NCBI GenBank assembly: GCA_027622665.1
Contig: JAQBYT010000005.1
Coordinates: 132,419-196,418 of the forward strand
Source of the DNA: Verrucomicrobiota bacterium
Lineage (GTDB): Bacteria; Verrucomicrobiota; Verrucomicrobiia; Opitutales; Seribacteraceae
DNA length: 64,000 nt
Direction of reading: 5' to 3'
Under the pieces are notes generated by a model. The model was not told where the DNA came from and made no database searches. It saw only the letters and a list, made by a program, of their open reading frames with translations. The position numbers and the translations under genes were made by a program. Positions 38,988 through 48,808 of the stretch are shown one piece after another; within the stretch, counting starts at the first letter, position 1, and each line of letters starts with the position of its first letter.

Positions 38988-40319
38988 ATGAAACCGCGTT
39001 CCATTCGATTACTTCCGCTCCTTGCGGTTTGGGCTGCCGGATTGATGGGGATGGGTTCGGCCTCGGCCAATCAAGGCAACACTTGGGACATGAACGTCAC
39101 GCAGGTTGATATAGGATGGGAGTTTGTTATGTTTCTGAAGTCGGATGGATCATTATGGCGAATGGGTTCCAATAGTTCTAAAATTCCGGAATTAATCGAT
39201 ACTGGTGTTACTCAGCTTGCTGCTGGTGCAAATCACGGAATGTATGTTAAATCCGATGGTTCACTTTGGACATTTGGGAGTAACAATCGCGGACAGCTCG
39301 GTAACGGTACCACCACCTACGGTAGCGTTCCCGTTGAGATTGTTTCTTCTGGAGTAACGCAAGTCTCGGCAGGAGCTGATCACAGCTTGTACATCAATGA
39401 TGATGGCAGTTTGTGGGCGATGGGTCAAAATTATTTCGGACAACTAGGTGTAGGAACAAGTACAACTCATATGGAGGCAGGAAGTACTGTTCCGGTAAAG
39501 GTCGTTGAAAACGGTGTGTTGAAAATTTCAGCAGGGTGGGGGTTTAATTTAATGCTCAAGAATGATGGTTCCTTGTGGGCATGGGGAACCAACTCTAAGG
39601 GCCAGTTTGGGAATGGAACATCAGTTAGCTCATCTCCTTGGATTGGTAGTGAAATTCCAGAGAAAGTTTTGGATTCCGGAGTAGTTGAAATTGCAGCAGG
39701 CGGTAAGCACAGCCTCTTCTTAAAGGCGGACAATTCCCTTTGGACCATGGGATTCAACTATGACGGTCAATTGGGTATCGGTTCAAACACTTCTATTACT
39801 TCACCTGTGCACGTGGTTTCTTCTAGTGTGACAAGAATTGCTGCGGGGGAAAGTCACAGTCTCTTTTTGAAAACCGATGGTTCGCTCTGGACGATGGGGA
39901 AAAACAAAGATGGACAAATAGGTGACGGCACTACCACCGACCAAACTACGCCGGTATCCATCGTACCAGCTGACCTTAGAATGATTGGTAGTGGCATGAT
40001 CGCCGGCACCGATCGCAATCCTTATACGCGTTCGGCACAACTACGATTCCCCGAAACGAAGGCCAGCATGATCGTCGGGCGCTGTGTTTGGGGTAAGACA
40101 GAAAAAGATTCTGATACGCTGACCATTCACCGCGTTTTCGACGCTCCCGGCTTCGAGCCCATGTTCTTGGAGAAGCCCGTGTGCACAATGGAAGAGATCA
40201 TTGCGCAGCAAACCCTCAACGCGATCGGCCTCTATATCTATTCCGACAAAGTGCTCGATGAAATCCGCATTGGCCCCACGCTCAACAGTGTGATGGTCCG
40301 CACCAAGCCTCTGCGCTGA
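38988..40319 (+). CDS. RCC1-repeat exported protein fused to an unrelated C-terminal fragment (chimeric)
   Basis: Signal peptide; about six RCC1-type repeats (IAAGxxHSLFLKxDGSLWTMGxNxxGQLG). After about 39980 the codon style changes and the sequence resembles the C-terminus of the next gene. Confidence 0.75.
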   Translation: MKPRSIRLLPLLAVWAAGLMGMGSASANQGNTWDMNVTQVDIGWEFVMFLKSDGSLWRMGSNSSKIPELIDTGVTQLAAGANHGMYVKSDGSLWTFGSNNRGQLGNGTTTYGSVPVEIVSSGVTQVSAGADHSLYINDDGSLWAMGQNYFGQLGVGTSTTHMEAGSTVPVKVVENGVLKISAGWGFNLMLKNDGSLWAWGTNSKGQFGNGTSVSSSPWIGSEIPEKVLDSGVVEIAAGGKHSLFLKADNSLWTMGFNYDGQLGIGSNTSITSPVHVVSSSVTRIAAGESHSLFLKTDGSLWTMGKNKDGQIGDGTTTDQTTPVSIVPADLRMIGSGMIAGTDRNPYTRSAQLRFPETKASMIVGRCVWGKTEKDSDTLTIHRVFDAPGFEPMFLEKPVCTMEEIIAQQTLNAIGLYIYSDKVLDEIRIGPTLNSVMVRTKPLR

Positions 40320-40355
40320 ACTTGCACTTAGTTCCCAACTCCAATCAAAAATCCT

Positions 40356-42533
40356 ATGAAGCTACTCATCACAAATTCACTTCGCCGCTTGTCTGCCATG
40401 GCAGCTCTCACTGCATTGCTTGCGTCAGCCGCACAAGCCGAACCGCCGGTGAAGGTCTACATCATGGCCGGCCAGTCTAACATGCAGGGCAAGGGCGGCA
40501 TCGAAGGTGATGGCGCTAACTCATTGCGCTCGCTGGTCAATGGTGAGGCCAAGAAGGAGTTCCAGTTTCTCGTTCAAGACAATGGCGAGTGGGTCGAGCA
40601 CAAGGACGTATGGGCGCACTACGACCTGGCTCCCTTCCAAGGGATGCGGCATGGCCCGCTCAAGCCGGGCTTCGGATCTTCCGCCGGCCAGATCGGACCC
40701 GAACTCGGCTTCGGTCATGTGATCGCGGACTCCAACGAGGGCAAAGTCCTCCTGATCAAAGCCGCTTGGGGCGGCAAGAGCATCGGGCACAACTTTCTGC
40801 CACCCAGTGTCGGCAAGTATCCCAAGCCCAAGGATCCGAATGATCCCGGCTATTTCTACCACCGTACCCTCGACTTGGTCAGCGAGGTTTCCGAAAACAT
40901 CGAGACGCTTTTTCCCGATTACAAGGGGCAGGGAGTGGAGATCGCCGGCTTCGGTTGGCACCAGGGCTGGAATGATCAATACGGTGGTCTGGATGCGAAG
41001 TACGAAGCCAACATGGCAGCCTTCATCAAGGACATCCGCAGTGCCGAGCACGGCCTCGGCGTGCCCGGTCTACCTTTCGTCATCGCGACCAGCGGCAACA
41101 TTGGCGGCGAGAGTGTGATCAAGCAGAGCCAGTTGGCCATGGCCGACACCAAGAAGTATCCCGATTTAGCCGGCAACGTTGCCGTGGTGGATACCGACAA
41201 GCCCTACGGGCCGAAGCAGATGGGCTTCAAGTTCAACAAGGATGGCAAGCCTGCAGACAAGGTGGGTTATCACTGGGACAGCAATTCGCGCGCTTATCTC
41301 AATATTGGCCGTGCCATGGCCATGGAGATGCAAAAGCTCAAGAAGCCCAAATCCCCAGCCAGATTCCGGGCCGTTGGCACTGAAAATGGAGTGCGGTTGA
41401 ATTGGCAGCTCGGCACCGAAAAACCCAAGGGTGTGGAGATCCTGCGCAATGGCAAGAAGCTGGACGCCAAGATCTCACCGACCCAAACCGCTTTTGTCGA
41501 CAGCTCGGCCCTTCCCGGAGCCAACAGCTACGAGCTCATTCTCGACATGCCCTCCGGCAAGGTGAAGTTCAATGACTCCTGTGACACCTCGGTCACGAAT
41601 CTCACTGCTTATCGCAGTCTCGAAGGCGTGATGCTCAAGTGGGAGGCCCGCGGCAAGTATGACGCTTTTCGGATCACTCGCGACGGCAAGGTGATTGCCG
41701 ATGCGGTGGCTGCCGATGCCCTCAGCTACGAGGACAAAACCGCGCCCGCCAAAGGTAAGGTCAGCTACGTCATCCAGCCCACTACCGGCAAGGTGACCCC
41801 GGCCACACTGGAGATGAGTATCGGAGTGGCAGACGCCGGTGGCGCACTGGTGTATGAGCCCTTCGATTACCCGACGGATGCCGATGAGCCACAGAGCGCG
41901 CTAGGCAAGTCGGGGGCTTTTGGTACCACGGGCGAATACGTCACTCTGGATGAGAAACCCAAGCACTTGCCCAAGATCATTGCCGGGGGCTTGAGTCATG
42001 GCGCGCTGCCCGTGTCAGGCAATTGCGCCCAAGGGCATCGTTGGAGCAAAGGATTCGGCATCGATCTAGACGACAGCATCAGCAAGGCCGGCCTGCTGGA
42101 TGACGGCGCCACCATGTGGATCAGTTTACTGTTCCACATTCACGGCAAAGGCGCCGGTGCAAAAGTTTCACTGCAGTCAGCCGATGGCAAAGAGGGGATT
42201 GGGTTCGCGCAATCGAGAGGGACCAACTCATTCGTCATTGAGGATGGGGCCGAGAAAGAGAGGCTCTTTGTCAAAGGGGTGTTAGCTAACACCACATACC
42301 TTTTTGTCGCCAAGATGGTGTGGGGTAAGGACGAGGAGCCGGACCAGTGGATCCCCTACTTCGTGCCGGAAGACCTGAAGTTGCCCGAAAAGCACGGACG
42401 CGTGTTCACCGAGCCCTTTAACATCGACCAATCCAAGCTGAGCCGCCTGATGCTGGAGGGCGGGGAGTCATCCTATGTGGACGAAATCCGCGTCGGCCCG
42501 ACTTTCGAATCGGTGATCGGCGGCGCTAAATAA
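40356..42533 (+). CDS. Sialate O-acetylesterase (SASA/CE6-like SGNH) with C-terminal beta-sandwich domains
   Basis: Signal peptide; VYIMAGQSNMQG, IGPELGFG, LIKAAWGGKS, WHQGWND, GYHW. Confidence 0.85.
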   Translation: MKLLITNSLRRLSAMAALTALLASAAQAEPPVKVYIMAGQSNMQGKGGIEGDGANSLRSLVNGEAKKEFQFLVQDNGEWVEHKDVWAHYDLAPFQGMRHGPLKPGFGSSAGQIGPELGFGHVIADSNEGKVLLIKAAWGGKSIGHNFLPPSVGKYPKPKDPNDPGYFYHRTLDLVSEVSENIETLFPDYKGQGVEIAGFGWHQGWNDQYGGLDAKYEANMAAFIKDIRSAEHGLGVPGLPFVIATSGNIGGESVIKQSQLAMADTKKYPDLAGNVAVVDTDKPYGPKQMGFKFNKDGKPADKVGYHWDSNSRAYLNIGRAMAMEMQKLKKPKSPARFRAVGTENGVRLNWQLGTEKPKGVEILRNGKKLDAKISPTQTAFVDSSALPGANSYELILDMPSGKVKFNDSCDTSVTNLTAYRSLEGVMLKWEARGKYDAFRITRDGKVIADAVAADALSYEDKTAPAKGKVSYVIQPTTGKVTPATLEMSIGVADAGGALVYEPFDYPTDADEPQSALGKSGAFGTTGEYVTLDEKPKHLPKIIAGGLSHGALPVSGNCAQGHRWSKGFGIDLDDSISKAGLLDDGATMWISLLFHIHGKGAGAKVSLQSADGKEGIGFAQSRGTNSFVIEDGAEKERLFVKGVLANTTYLFVAKMVWGKDEEPDQWIPYFVPEDLKLPEKHGRVFTEPFNIDQSKLSRLMLEGGESSYVDEIRVGPTFESVIGGAK

Positions 42534-42886
42534 GCGTACCACTGTGTGAAACTGCCCCAGCTTTGCCTGCGAAGGGCGGACACTTAAGCCCTCGGAAAGG
42601 GGCATTGGAAATGCAACAACTCTGCGCACACATCGAGTTTGCCGATGGATGGGGCAGAGGCGGCATTTGGGGCGAAAACTTGAAATCTAGAGTTTCCCTT
42701 GGATAATTTCTGATGAAGTATCAGCAGGTCCGTTAGAAACCCATCTGCCTGGATCGATTGCTCGGGGCTCGTGCCATCTCAACGGGACTGCGCGCAAGCA
42801 TCACCCATCACCCGACCAACCCCCTTTCTCCCCATCTCCGATCCCTTCAACGGCGACCTCAAGCGCCTCACGCAAAAAGCAAATTC

Positions 42887-43840
42887 CTAGCAATTGTGGA
42901 ACGTCCCGTCGCCGGGCAGGATTTTCGCCGAGAAAGCCGCTTTTGGCCGCTTAGCGCTTTTCTCACTAACATAGAAACGCAAGCTGCGAGTCGTGGTGTG
43001 TCCGGCCCGGTCAGCGACGCTCGCAGTGAGGGTCACGAGTTCCCTTACGGGCAGCGCCTGCGGGGGTCGTATCGGCAGGATGCAGCAATTCGCATCGCGG
43101 CGAAAAGCGCGGCCAGGGACGTTCTGATTGGCGGGCGTATCGTCGGAGAGAGGCTGGTCGAAGGAGACCGACAGAGAAGATAGGTCGATTCCCGATCCGC
43201 CGTCCGCATAGTGGAGGACGATTCGCGGGAACTGTGACCAGCTCTGATGGGTGGGGCTGATGATCGTCAGTTCGGGGGAGCCATCGTCTCTGCGCGCTTC
43301 ACTTGATGGTATCTTAGCGGTGAGTTCTGCACAGTGATCGCTATGGCTGTTCTCTGTCCCGATGTGCTGGATGGCATAGTGGTAGGGCATTCCCGGCAGT
43401 GCGGTGCGATCGGTGAATCGGCCGACCCGATCCTTCACGGGCGCGGCGAAACTCTCGTCCTGATGGCGCTGTCCGACAATCTCGATGAGCTGGCGATCAC
43501 CCTCATCGACATTCGGAGCAAGGCTGCGAAACACCTTGTAGTCGCGGACGTTGGCAGCGAACTGCGGAGCCTCCCATTGCAGGGTGACGCCTTTGGCGGT
43601 CGCCTCGATGGCCTTCAAGTTTCTCGGAACGTCTGCGCCCACGCCTTGCAGATTGCGGTGGGTGTTGAGCCAAATGTGGACTTCGTCGCCGCCCGATCCG
43701 AGCCAGACATCGTAGCTGCCGTCGCCGTCCGCATCGTTGCGGCTGACGAAAACGCGGAAGAACATCGAACTATCGCCGCCCGGCGGGCGCGCATCGGCGG
43801 TTGTTTTTCCCGGCTCGACCTTCTTCTTCGCGTCATCGCC
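42887..43840 (-). pseudogene. FN3/Ig-like domain region, probably the frameshifted and truncated C-terminus of the upstream SGNH gene
   Basis: VPRNLKAIEATAKGVTLQWEAP...YKVFRS...FTDRTALPGMPYHYAI is FN3-like. The frame stays open back to a G6 run at 43839-43844 and ends abruptly after PKAAFSAK. Confidence 0.6.
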
Positions 43841-44600
43841 CCCCAGTATCCATGAGTTCTTTCAGTGTCGTGCGAATCGCGTCCGCCCAGACTTGGTAAC
43901 CTATGTCGGTGAGATGTCCGACGCGGTCTTTGATGGCGCCTTCGGTCTCGATAAGCTTGTCATTGATGTTGAGGTAGAAGATCCGCTCGCCGTCATGGAG
44001 CTTTGCAATGGTGCCGTTGATGACAGCGTGCTTGTCCTTGCCGAAGAATTTGGGGAAGACGCCGAGGAGAAGAATTTTGGCGTGGGGCACCTTGGCCTTG
44101 AGCCTGTCGCAGAGCGCCTCAATCCCGATGGCGATGTCCGCGGGTTCGTCTCGGGTGATCCCCTTGTTGTTGGTTCCGATCATGACGATGGCGACTTTCA
44201 GGTTCTGCAGGCCATCGATCTCGCCGTTATCGAGGCGCCAGAGCACGTGCTGGGTGCTGTCGCAGTTGATGCCTAAGTTGAGCGCCTTCATCGGCACGTA
44301 CTCCTTCTCCCAGATCGCCAATCCGGATCCCTCCTGATCCCATCCGTCCGTGATCGAATCGCCGATAAAAACGAGCTCGGCCTCCGCGCGTCCCGGCGCC
44401 GCCAAAATGTCTTCGTGCCTCTGCTTCCACCAGCCATTGGGCAACCTCTTCGTCCACGGGTTCTCGACGGGTGTCGCGGCCGCGCACTTGGCGGGCGATA
44501 CCGCCGTCCCCTTTTCGTCTGCGCGGCCGAGGTGACCCTGACAGAGCACACCTAGAACGAAGAGGAGGGCGAACGGAAATTGGCGGGACGGATGCATCAC
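43833..44600 (-). CDS. SGNH/GDSL esterase (PAF-acetylhydrolase-like)
   Basis: Signal peptide; FIGDSITDGW, NLGINCDSTQHVLWRL, MIGTNN, DRVGHL. Confidence 0.85.
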   Translation of the reverse strand: MMHPSRQFPFALLFVLGVLCQGHLGRADEKGTAVSPAKCAAATPVENPWTKRLPNGWWKQRHEDILAAPGRAEAELVFIGDSITDGWDQEGSGLAIWEKEYVPMKALNLGINCDSTQHVLWRLDNGEIDGLQNLKVAIVMIGTNNKGITRDEPADIAIGIEALCDRLKAKVPHAKILLLGVFPKFFGKDKHAVINGTIAKLHDGERIFYLNINDKLIETEGAIKDRVGHLTDIGYQVWADAIRTTLKELMDTGGR

Positions 44601-44680
44601 TTTATTTATATCCCGGGAGCGATTTCGTCAAGACGATTGCCCGATGCCCCGATGCCCGTCCGTTAGCGCTCGCCCCGTAT

Positions 44681-46129
44681 CTACAGACGGGTCGGTAAGA
44701 ACTGTTTGAACATCGGCCGCAGTGCTTCGACCCAGACTTCATACCCTTTCTCCGACAACGTCGTCCCGTCCTTCCCGATAGCATGCGGCGTCTCGAGCAA
44801 GGCGTTGGAGATATCGAGATAGAAAATGTTCTCGCCGTCCGCGAGCTTGGCGATACGCGCGTTCACATCGTCAATTTGCTCCCCGTCTGGACCTTGCGGA
44901 AAGAGTCCCATGAGGACGATCTTTGCCCCCGGCGCGTTCGTCTTTACGCGGGCGCAGATCGCCCCGATCCCCGCCGCGATGTCTTCCGCTTTGTCGCCTT
45001 GGACGATCCGGTTTCCCGCGCCGACCTCGACGACCAGCAGCTTAAGATTCGACCAGGCTTTATCGACCGCCCCGTTGTCGATGCGCCACAGAACGTGCTC
45101 GGTCGAGTCTTTGGGCATTCCCAAGTTGTAGGCCTTGATCGGTGCGACGTCCCGATCCCAAACCGTTTTGGGGAATCGGTAAGTATGGTTGCTGCCGAGG
45201 AATGCGAGTTCGGCCCTGCGGCGTTCGAACTGTCTGCCCCAGGTGAGGATATTGAAGTGCTTTAAATACCATCGCGGGCTATTCGGGTTGCGCACCGGCG
45301 TGGCCGCCCGGCAACGTTTCACCTCTGTCTGCGGATCACGCTTTCCGGTGGTCACGGGTTCAGGAGGCACGCCGATCGGATCCTGAAACTCCACTTTGGG
45401 AGCCATCAGGTTTCGGATCGTGGCGCGAATGGAATCGGCCCAGATTTGGTATCCGGTCTCGGAAAGGTGACCGACGATGTCGGCGATCGCGCCCTCGGTT
45501 TCCGTCAACTTCGGGTTGATATTGGCAAAGAAGATCCGTTTGCCGTCGTGCAGTTTGGAGAGCTCCCGGTTGAGGGCATCGCTGTTGTCGCGACCCCAGA
45601 TGCGCGGGAACACGCCCATGAGGATGATCCTGACCTGCGGGGCGCGCCTCTCGAGCGCGTCGCAGAGGGCGATGATGCCTTTTTCGACCTCCGCGTCGGA
45701 ATGCCCGTTGATGCCTTTGTTATTCACCCCGATCTCCACCACCACCACTTTGAGTTTGGACATGCCGTCCACTTCGCCATTTTGAATACGCCAGAGCGCG
45801 TGCTGGGTGCTGTCGCAGACGATGCCCAGATTGACAGCGCCCAACGGGACGAACTCCTTCTCCCAAATCCGCAACCCGCCGGATTCCGAATCCCAGCCGT
45901 CGGTGATGGAGTCGCCGACAAAGGCGATCTGACTTTCGGCGCGGCCCGGAAGCGCCATGATGGCCTCGCGCCGTTTGTTCCACCATCCCTCAGGATTTCC
46001 CCGGGTCCATGGGTTTGGGGTGGCTACTTCGGCGCGGGGGCGTTCTGGGGGCGCTTCGTCGCCGGCGACCGCTGCGGCCAAGCCTAACCACACAAGCCAC
46101 GCCCATGGGATCCGGAGTACAATGCGCAT
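44681..46129 (-). CDS. Tandem SGNH/GDSL esterase (second domain degenerate)
   Basis: Domain 1: FVGDSITDGW, EIGVNN, DIVGHL. Domain 2: FLGSNHT, EVGAGN, DGTTL. Confidence 0.85.
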   Translation of the reverse strand: MRIVLRIPWAWLVWLGLAAAVAGDEAPPERPRAEVATPNPWTRGNPEGWWNKRREAIMALPGRAESQIAFVGDSITDGWDSESGGLRIWEKEFVPLGAVNLGIVCDSTQHALWRIQNGEVDGMSKLKVVVVEIGVNNKGINGHSDAEVEKGIIALCDALERRAPQVRIILMGVFPRIWGRDNSDALNRELSKLHDGKRIFFANINPKLTETEGAIADIVGHLSETGYQIWADSIRATIRNLMAPKVEFQDPIGVPPEPVTTGKRDPQTEVKRCRAATPVRNPNSPRWYLKHFNILTWGRQFERRRAELAFLGSNHTYRFPKTVWDRDVAPIKAYNLGMPKDSTEHVLWRIDNGAVDKAWSNLKLLVVEVGAGNRIVQGDKAEDIAAGIGAICARVKTNAPGAKIVLMGLFPQGPDGEQIDDVNARIAKLADGENIFYLDISNALLETPHAIGKDGTTLSEKGYEVWVEALRPMFKQFLPTRL

Positions 46130-46214
46130 GATTTTTCTTTCGGCTTTACTTAGCCCGTCGGCAAGAGGAAAATGTTAGTGGTGATCTTTCGAATCCGTTG
46201 GCGGAACCGCCCAA

Positions 46215-46955
46215 ATGATTGACCTCGTGAAATTTCGAAGCGCTTTTCTCCCGGGAGATGCAATCCGCCGCGCGGGCAGGGTTACCGCTGTCGCCGTTTG
46301 TCTGCTGATCATTTCCGCCCCTTCCGTCCGTGCGACGCTCATCGTCACCGCCATTTGCAAAGACGGTGTCGTGGTCCGTTCCGACAAGCGCAACGCGATC
46401 AAACGCCGCGGGAAACCGGTAGAGTATCAGGACGTCCTCAACAAGGTTTTCGCGAACGAAGACAAGTCGATCATCATTTACAACCACGGCATCAACCGCA
46501 TCAACCGAGTCCCTTGGATTGAGCATGCAACCACTTTGGCCGCGAAGCTACAAGAGGCAAAGGTTGCAGACATTGGCGCGGCGATGAATCTGGTCGAAGC
46601 GACGCTCGCGGACGCCATGGCCGCCGAATTCGCCCGCAATAAACACGATGATTTTTCCGCGTTTGTCGTCGTGATGAAGATGGCGGATGACCGCTACCGC
46701 GCGGGAGAAATCAGTTGGAAGAAGGGTCGGCCGGTGGGCAAGAAGGCATTGGGCGGAATCTTTTTGTCCGGCTCCGGTAAGAAATACTGCCATCGGACCG
46801 ACGAGCAAAAGGGCAACGGCCATTGGGCAAAGATGAGCGTGGAACAGGCAAGGGCGGAGATTGGGGCTCTGTTTGATGAGGCCTCCAAGCGTCAAGCCGA
46901 GGCCAAGGGCCATGAGTTCTCAGAGCAGTCCGATGAGATGATGGTGGAGTGGTAA
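46215..46955 (+). CDS. Putative exported Ntn-hydrolase, proteasome-beta/HslV-like
   Basis: Signal-like leader ending VRA, then TLIVTAICKDGVVVRSDKR...LNKVF and a later LSGSG. Confidence 0.6.
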   Translation: MIDLVKFRSAFLPGDAIRRAGRVTAVAVCLLIISAPSVRATLIVTAICKDGVVVRSDKRNAIKRRGKPVEYQDVLNKVFANEDKSIIIYNHGINRINRVPWIEHATTLAAKLQEAKVADIGAAMNLVEATLADAMAAEFARNKHDDFSAFVVVMKMADDRYRAGEISWKKGRPVGKKALGGIFLSGSGKKYCHRTDEQKGNGHWAKMSVEQARAEIGALFDEASKRQAEAKGHEFSEQSDEMMVEW

Positions 46956-47724
46956 AGCTGAACCTTTCGGAATGACGATGGATGCACGCCCGTAGTGTCG
47001 CAAATGTCCTATCATTTGCACCCCCCGTAAGGTCAAAATACTCAGCCGAACCCGAAAACACTGCTATTTCAGCACCGGACGACGTCCCCGGATCTCCGAT
47101 CTCAGCCGACATGACGGTCGCACGATCCGGTTCTCCATACGGAAAGTCCTCGGAGATCGGATCCATCCTCGGTATCAGTATCGCCGGTTCCAGGAGTTTC
47201 GCCCTCCGCCGCCTTTCTCTGGAGAGAGCTCCACCCCTACCAGGTGACCGGGAGCCACGCCCCCGCCGGTTCGGTTTACCTGCACTCCCCAGACAGCTTC
47301 CCGAGCCTGCTCGCCCTGCCGGAGGATCTCCCCTGCCCCTTTCCATGCGCTTTGCCGCCGCGCGGGGGCGCAGATACCGCGACACTCGCAGAGCGCAAGG
47401 GGCTGGTCGGGAAGAGCTTCCGACCGTCATGCTGCCGATAGCCCAATCGTGAATCCGTATTTGTAGGGGTTCATCGCCACAAACAGCATGAAGTCGTCGG
47501 TGACGATCGTGGTGCAGTCTATGCAGAGCAGATGCCGATCGAATCGGCGAGCGCGTCTTCGGCCGGGGTCGAAGAGGTCGGCGGCTAACCCGGCACCCCT
47601 GTCGTAGAGTCGCCGTTGTGATGACACCATTTGGTGCCATTTCTCCCGGCACGCCCCTCACGTCCAGCACCCCTCAAGTAGCTGCGATGGCAGCGCCTCG
47701 TCGAGCGCCCTGCGCGCCGGCCGT

Positions 47725-48245
47725 GTGGTAGACGAAGTCATCACCGAGGTGAGTCGATGCCAGAGCAACCTCGCGGCGAATCTGCAGAGTTATCTCAATC
47801 ACCTCGAGGAGCAAAAGAAGAAGATCGGGGCCGCGCTCCCGCCGACCGGGCCAAAATCGAGTGCGATAGAAAATGTTTTCGCCGAGGCCCAGAGCGAAAT
47901 GGATTCCCTGTTCTGCAGCCGGGAACAGCTGTGGGGCCGGATCCTCGACGAGACGCCGCCAGAGCAGGTGACAGATCTTGGCCGCCGCCCGAAGTTCCTC
48001 ATCAGCGCCGCCAGACCCAATGATCTGGAGGGTCAGCTGCTGGGTCTCCGACCGGGCCGGCCGCTCGTCTACCTCGGCCTCGGGCGACCCCGCGACCTTG
48101 CGGAGTTTGCCGACCGGGGCGCGGCTCTCCTAGAAGGCCGCTACCCGATTGGAAATGGCTGCGAACTGCTCCGCGCCAACATGCTGGTCACCGATTCCAT
48201 GGGGATGGTCGGCGAGGCTGCCAAGGCCCCGGATGACCGCACCGC
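47725..48245 (+). pseudogene. Unidentified gene fragment(s)
   Basis: Coding-like codon usage with no recognisable family; runs directly into a different frame at about 48246. Confidence 0.3.
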
Positions 48246-48735
48246 GTGGCTCGGCCATTTCCTCTGGCGGTGCTGGCGGTGGTGGGTGGGACTCTGTTGG
48301 TGATCGGGCCGTCTTTACTGATGCATGCGACCAAAGATCTCGAGCCGGTTCACACCATGGAGCCGTGGGCTGAGTACATGCGCCGCTCATTTAAAATGGC
48401 GGTCGGTGGCATTGGCTACATCGTGATCGCTCTGGGCACGGTGTTCCCGTTTTTGATGAAGGTGGCAGAGGCGTGGGCTCAAGATGCCGGGCCGGATGCT
48501 GGGGCGCTTGCTGGCGATCAACACGGCGGGGGCGATTGTGGGTTCACTGTTGTGCGGATTCTTCCTGCTCCCGACCTTGGGCATGTGGGGCACTTTAAAG
48601 GCGCTGACGGCAGCCTACTTGGTGATGGCACTGTTGGTGCCGTCCGGTTGGGGCGGCGCGGCGATTGCGTGCCGCGTGGTAGGGCTGGGCGCGCTGGCCT
48701 TGTTGTTCACCGTGCTCGATCCCTCGGGCTTGCCT
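48246..48735 (+). pseudogene. Internal fragment of a fused MFS/spermidine-synthase-type membrane protein, frameshifted
   Basis: LGTVFPFLMK.../GRMLGRLLAINTAGAIVGSLLCGFFLLPTLG; one extra G at about 48470 splits the frames; both ends are missing. Confidence 0.7.
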
Positions 48736-48808
48736 GAACGTTCCCGCTGTTCTTTCCGGTGGTTACCTGCATGCCTATGTCGCCCATTTTTCCAAGTGGG
48801 CGATTACG

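Noticed and set aside
42690..42745. Possible hammerhead ribozyme (CTGATGA...GAAAC)
   Set aside because: The core words are present, but stems I, II and III cannot be formed in the required register. The local pairing is just the short palindrome CTGAT-GAAGT-ATCAG.
42721..42907. Possible IS-end remnants (CAGCAGGTCCGTTAGAAAC; AATTGTGGAACGTCC) at the point where the FN3 ORF is truncated
   Set aside because: Only a vague resemblance, with no paired inverted repeat, target duplication or transposase. An ISfinder search would be needed.
46711..47670. 319-aa minus-strand ORF as a real gene
   Set aside because: It is Arg/Pro/Ser-rich and low in information, overlaps the Ntn-like gene antisense, and crosses apparent fragment junctions.
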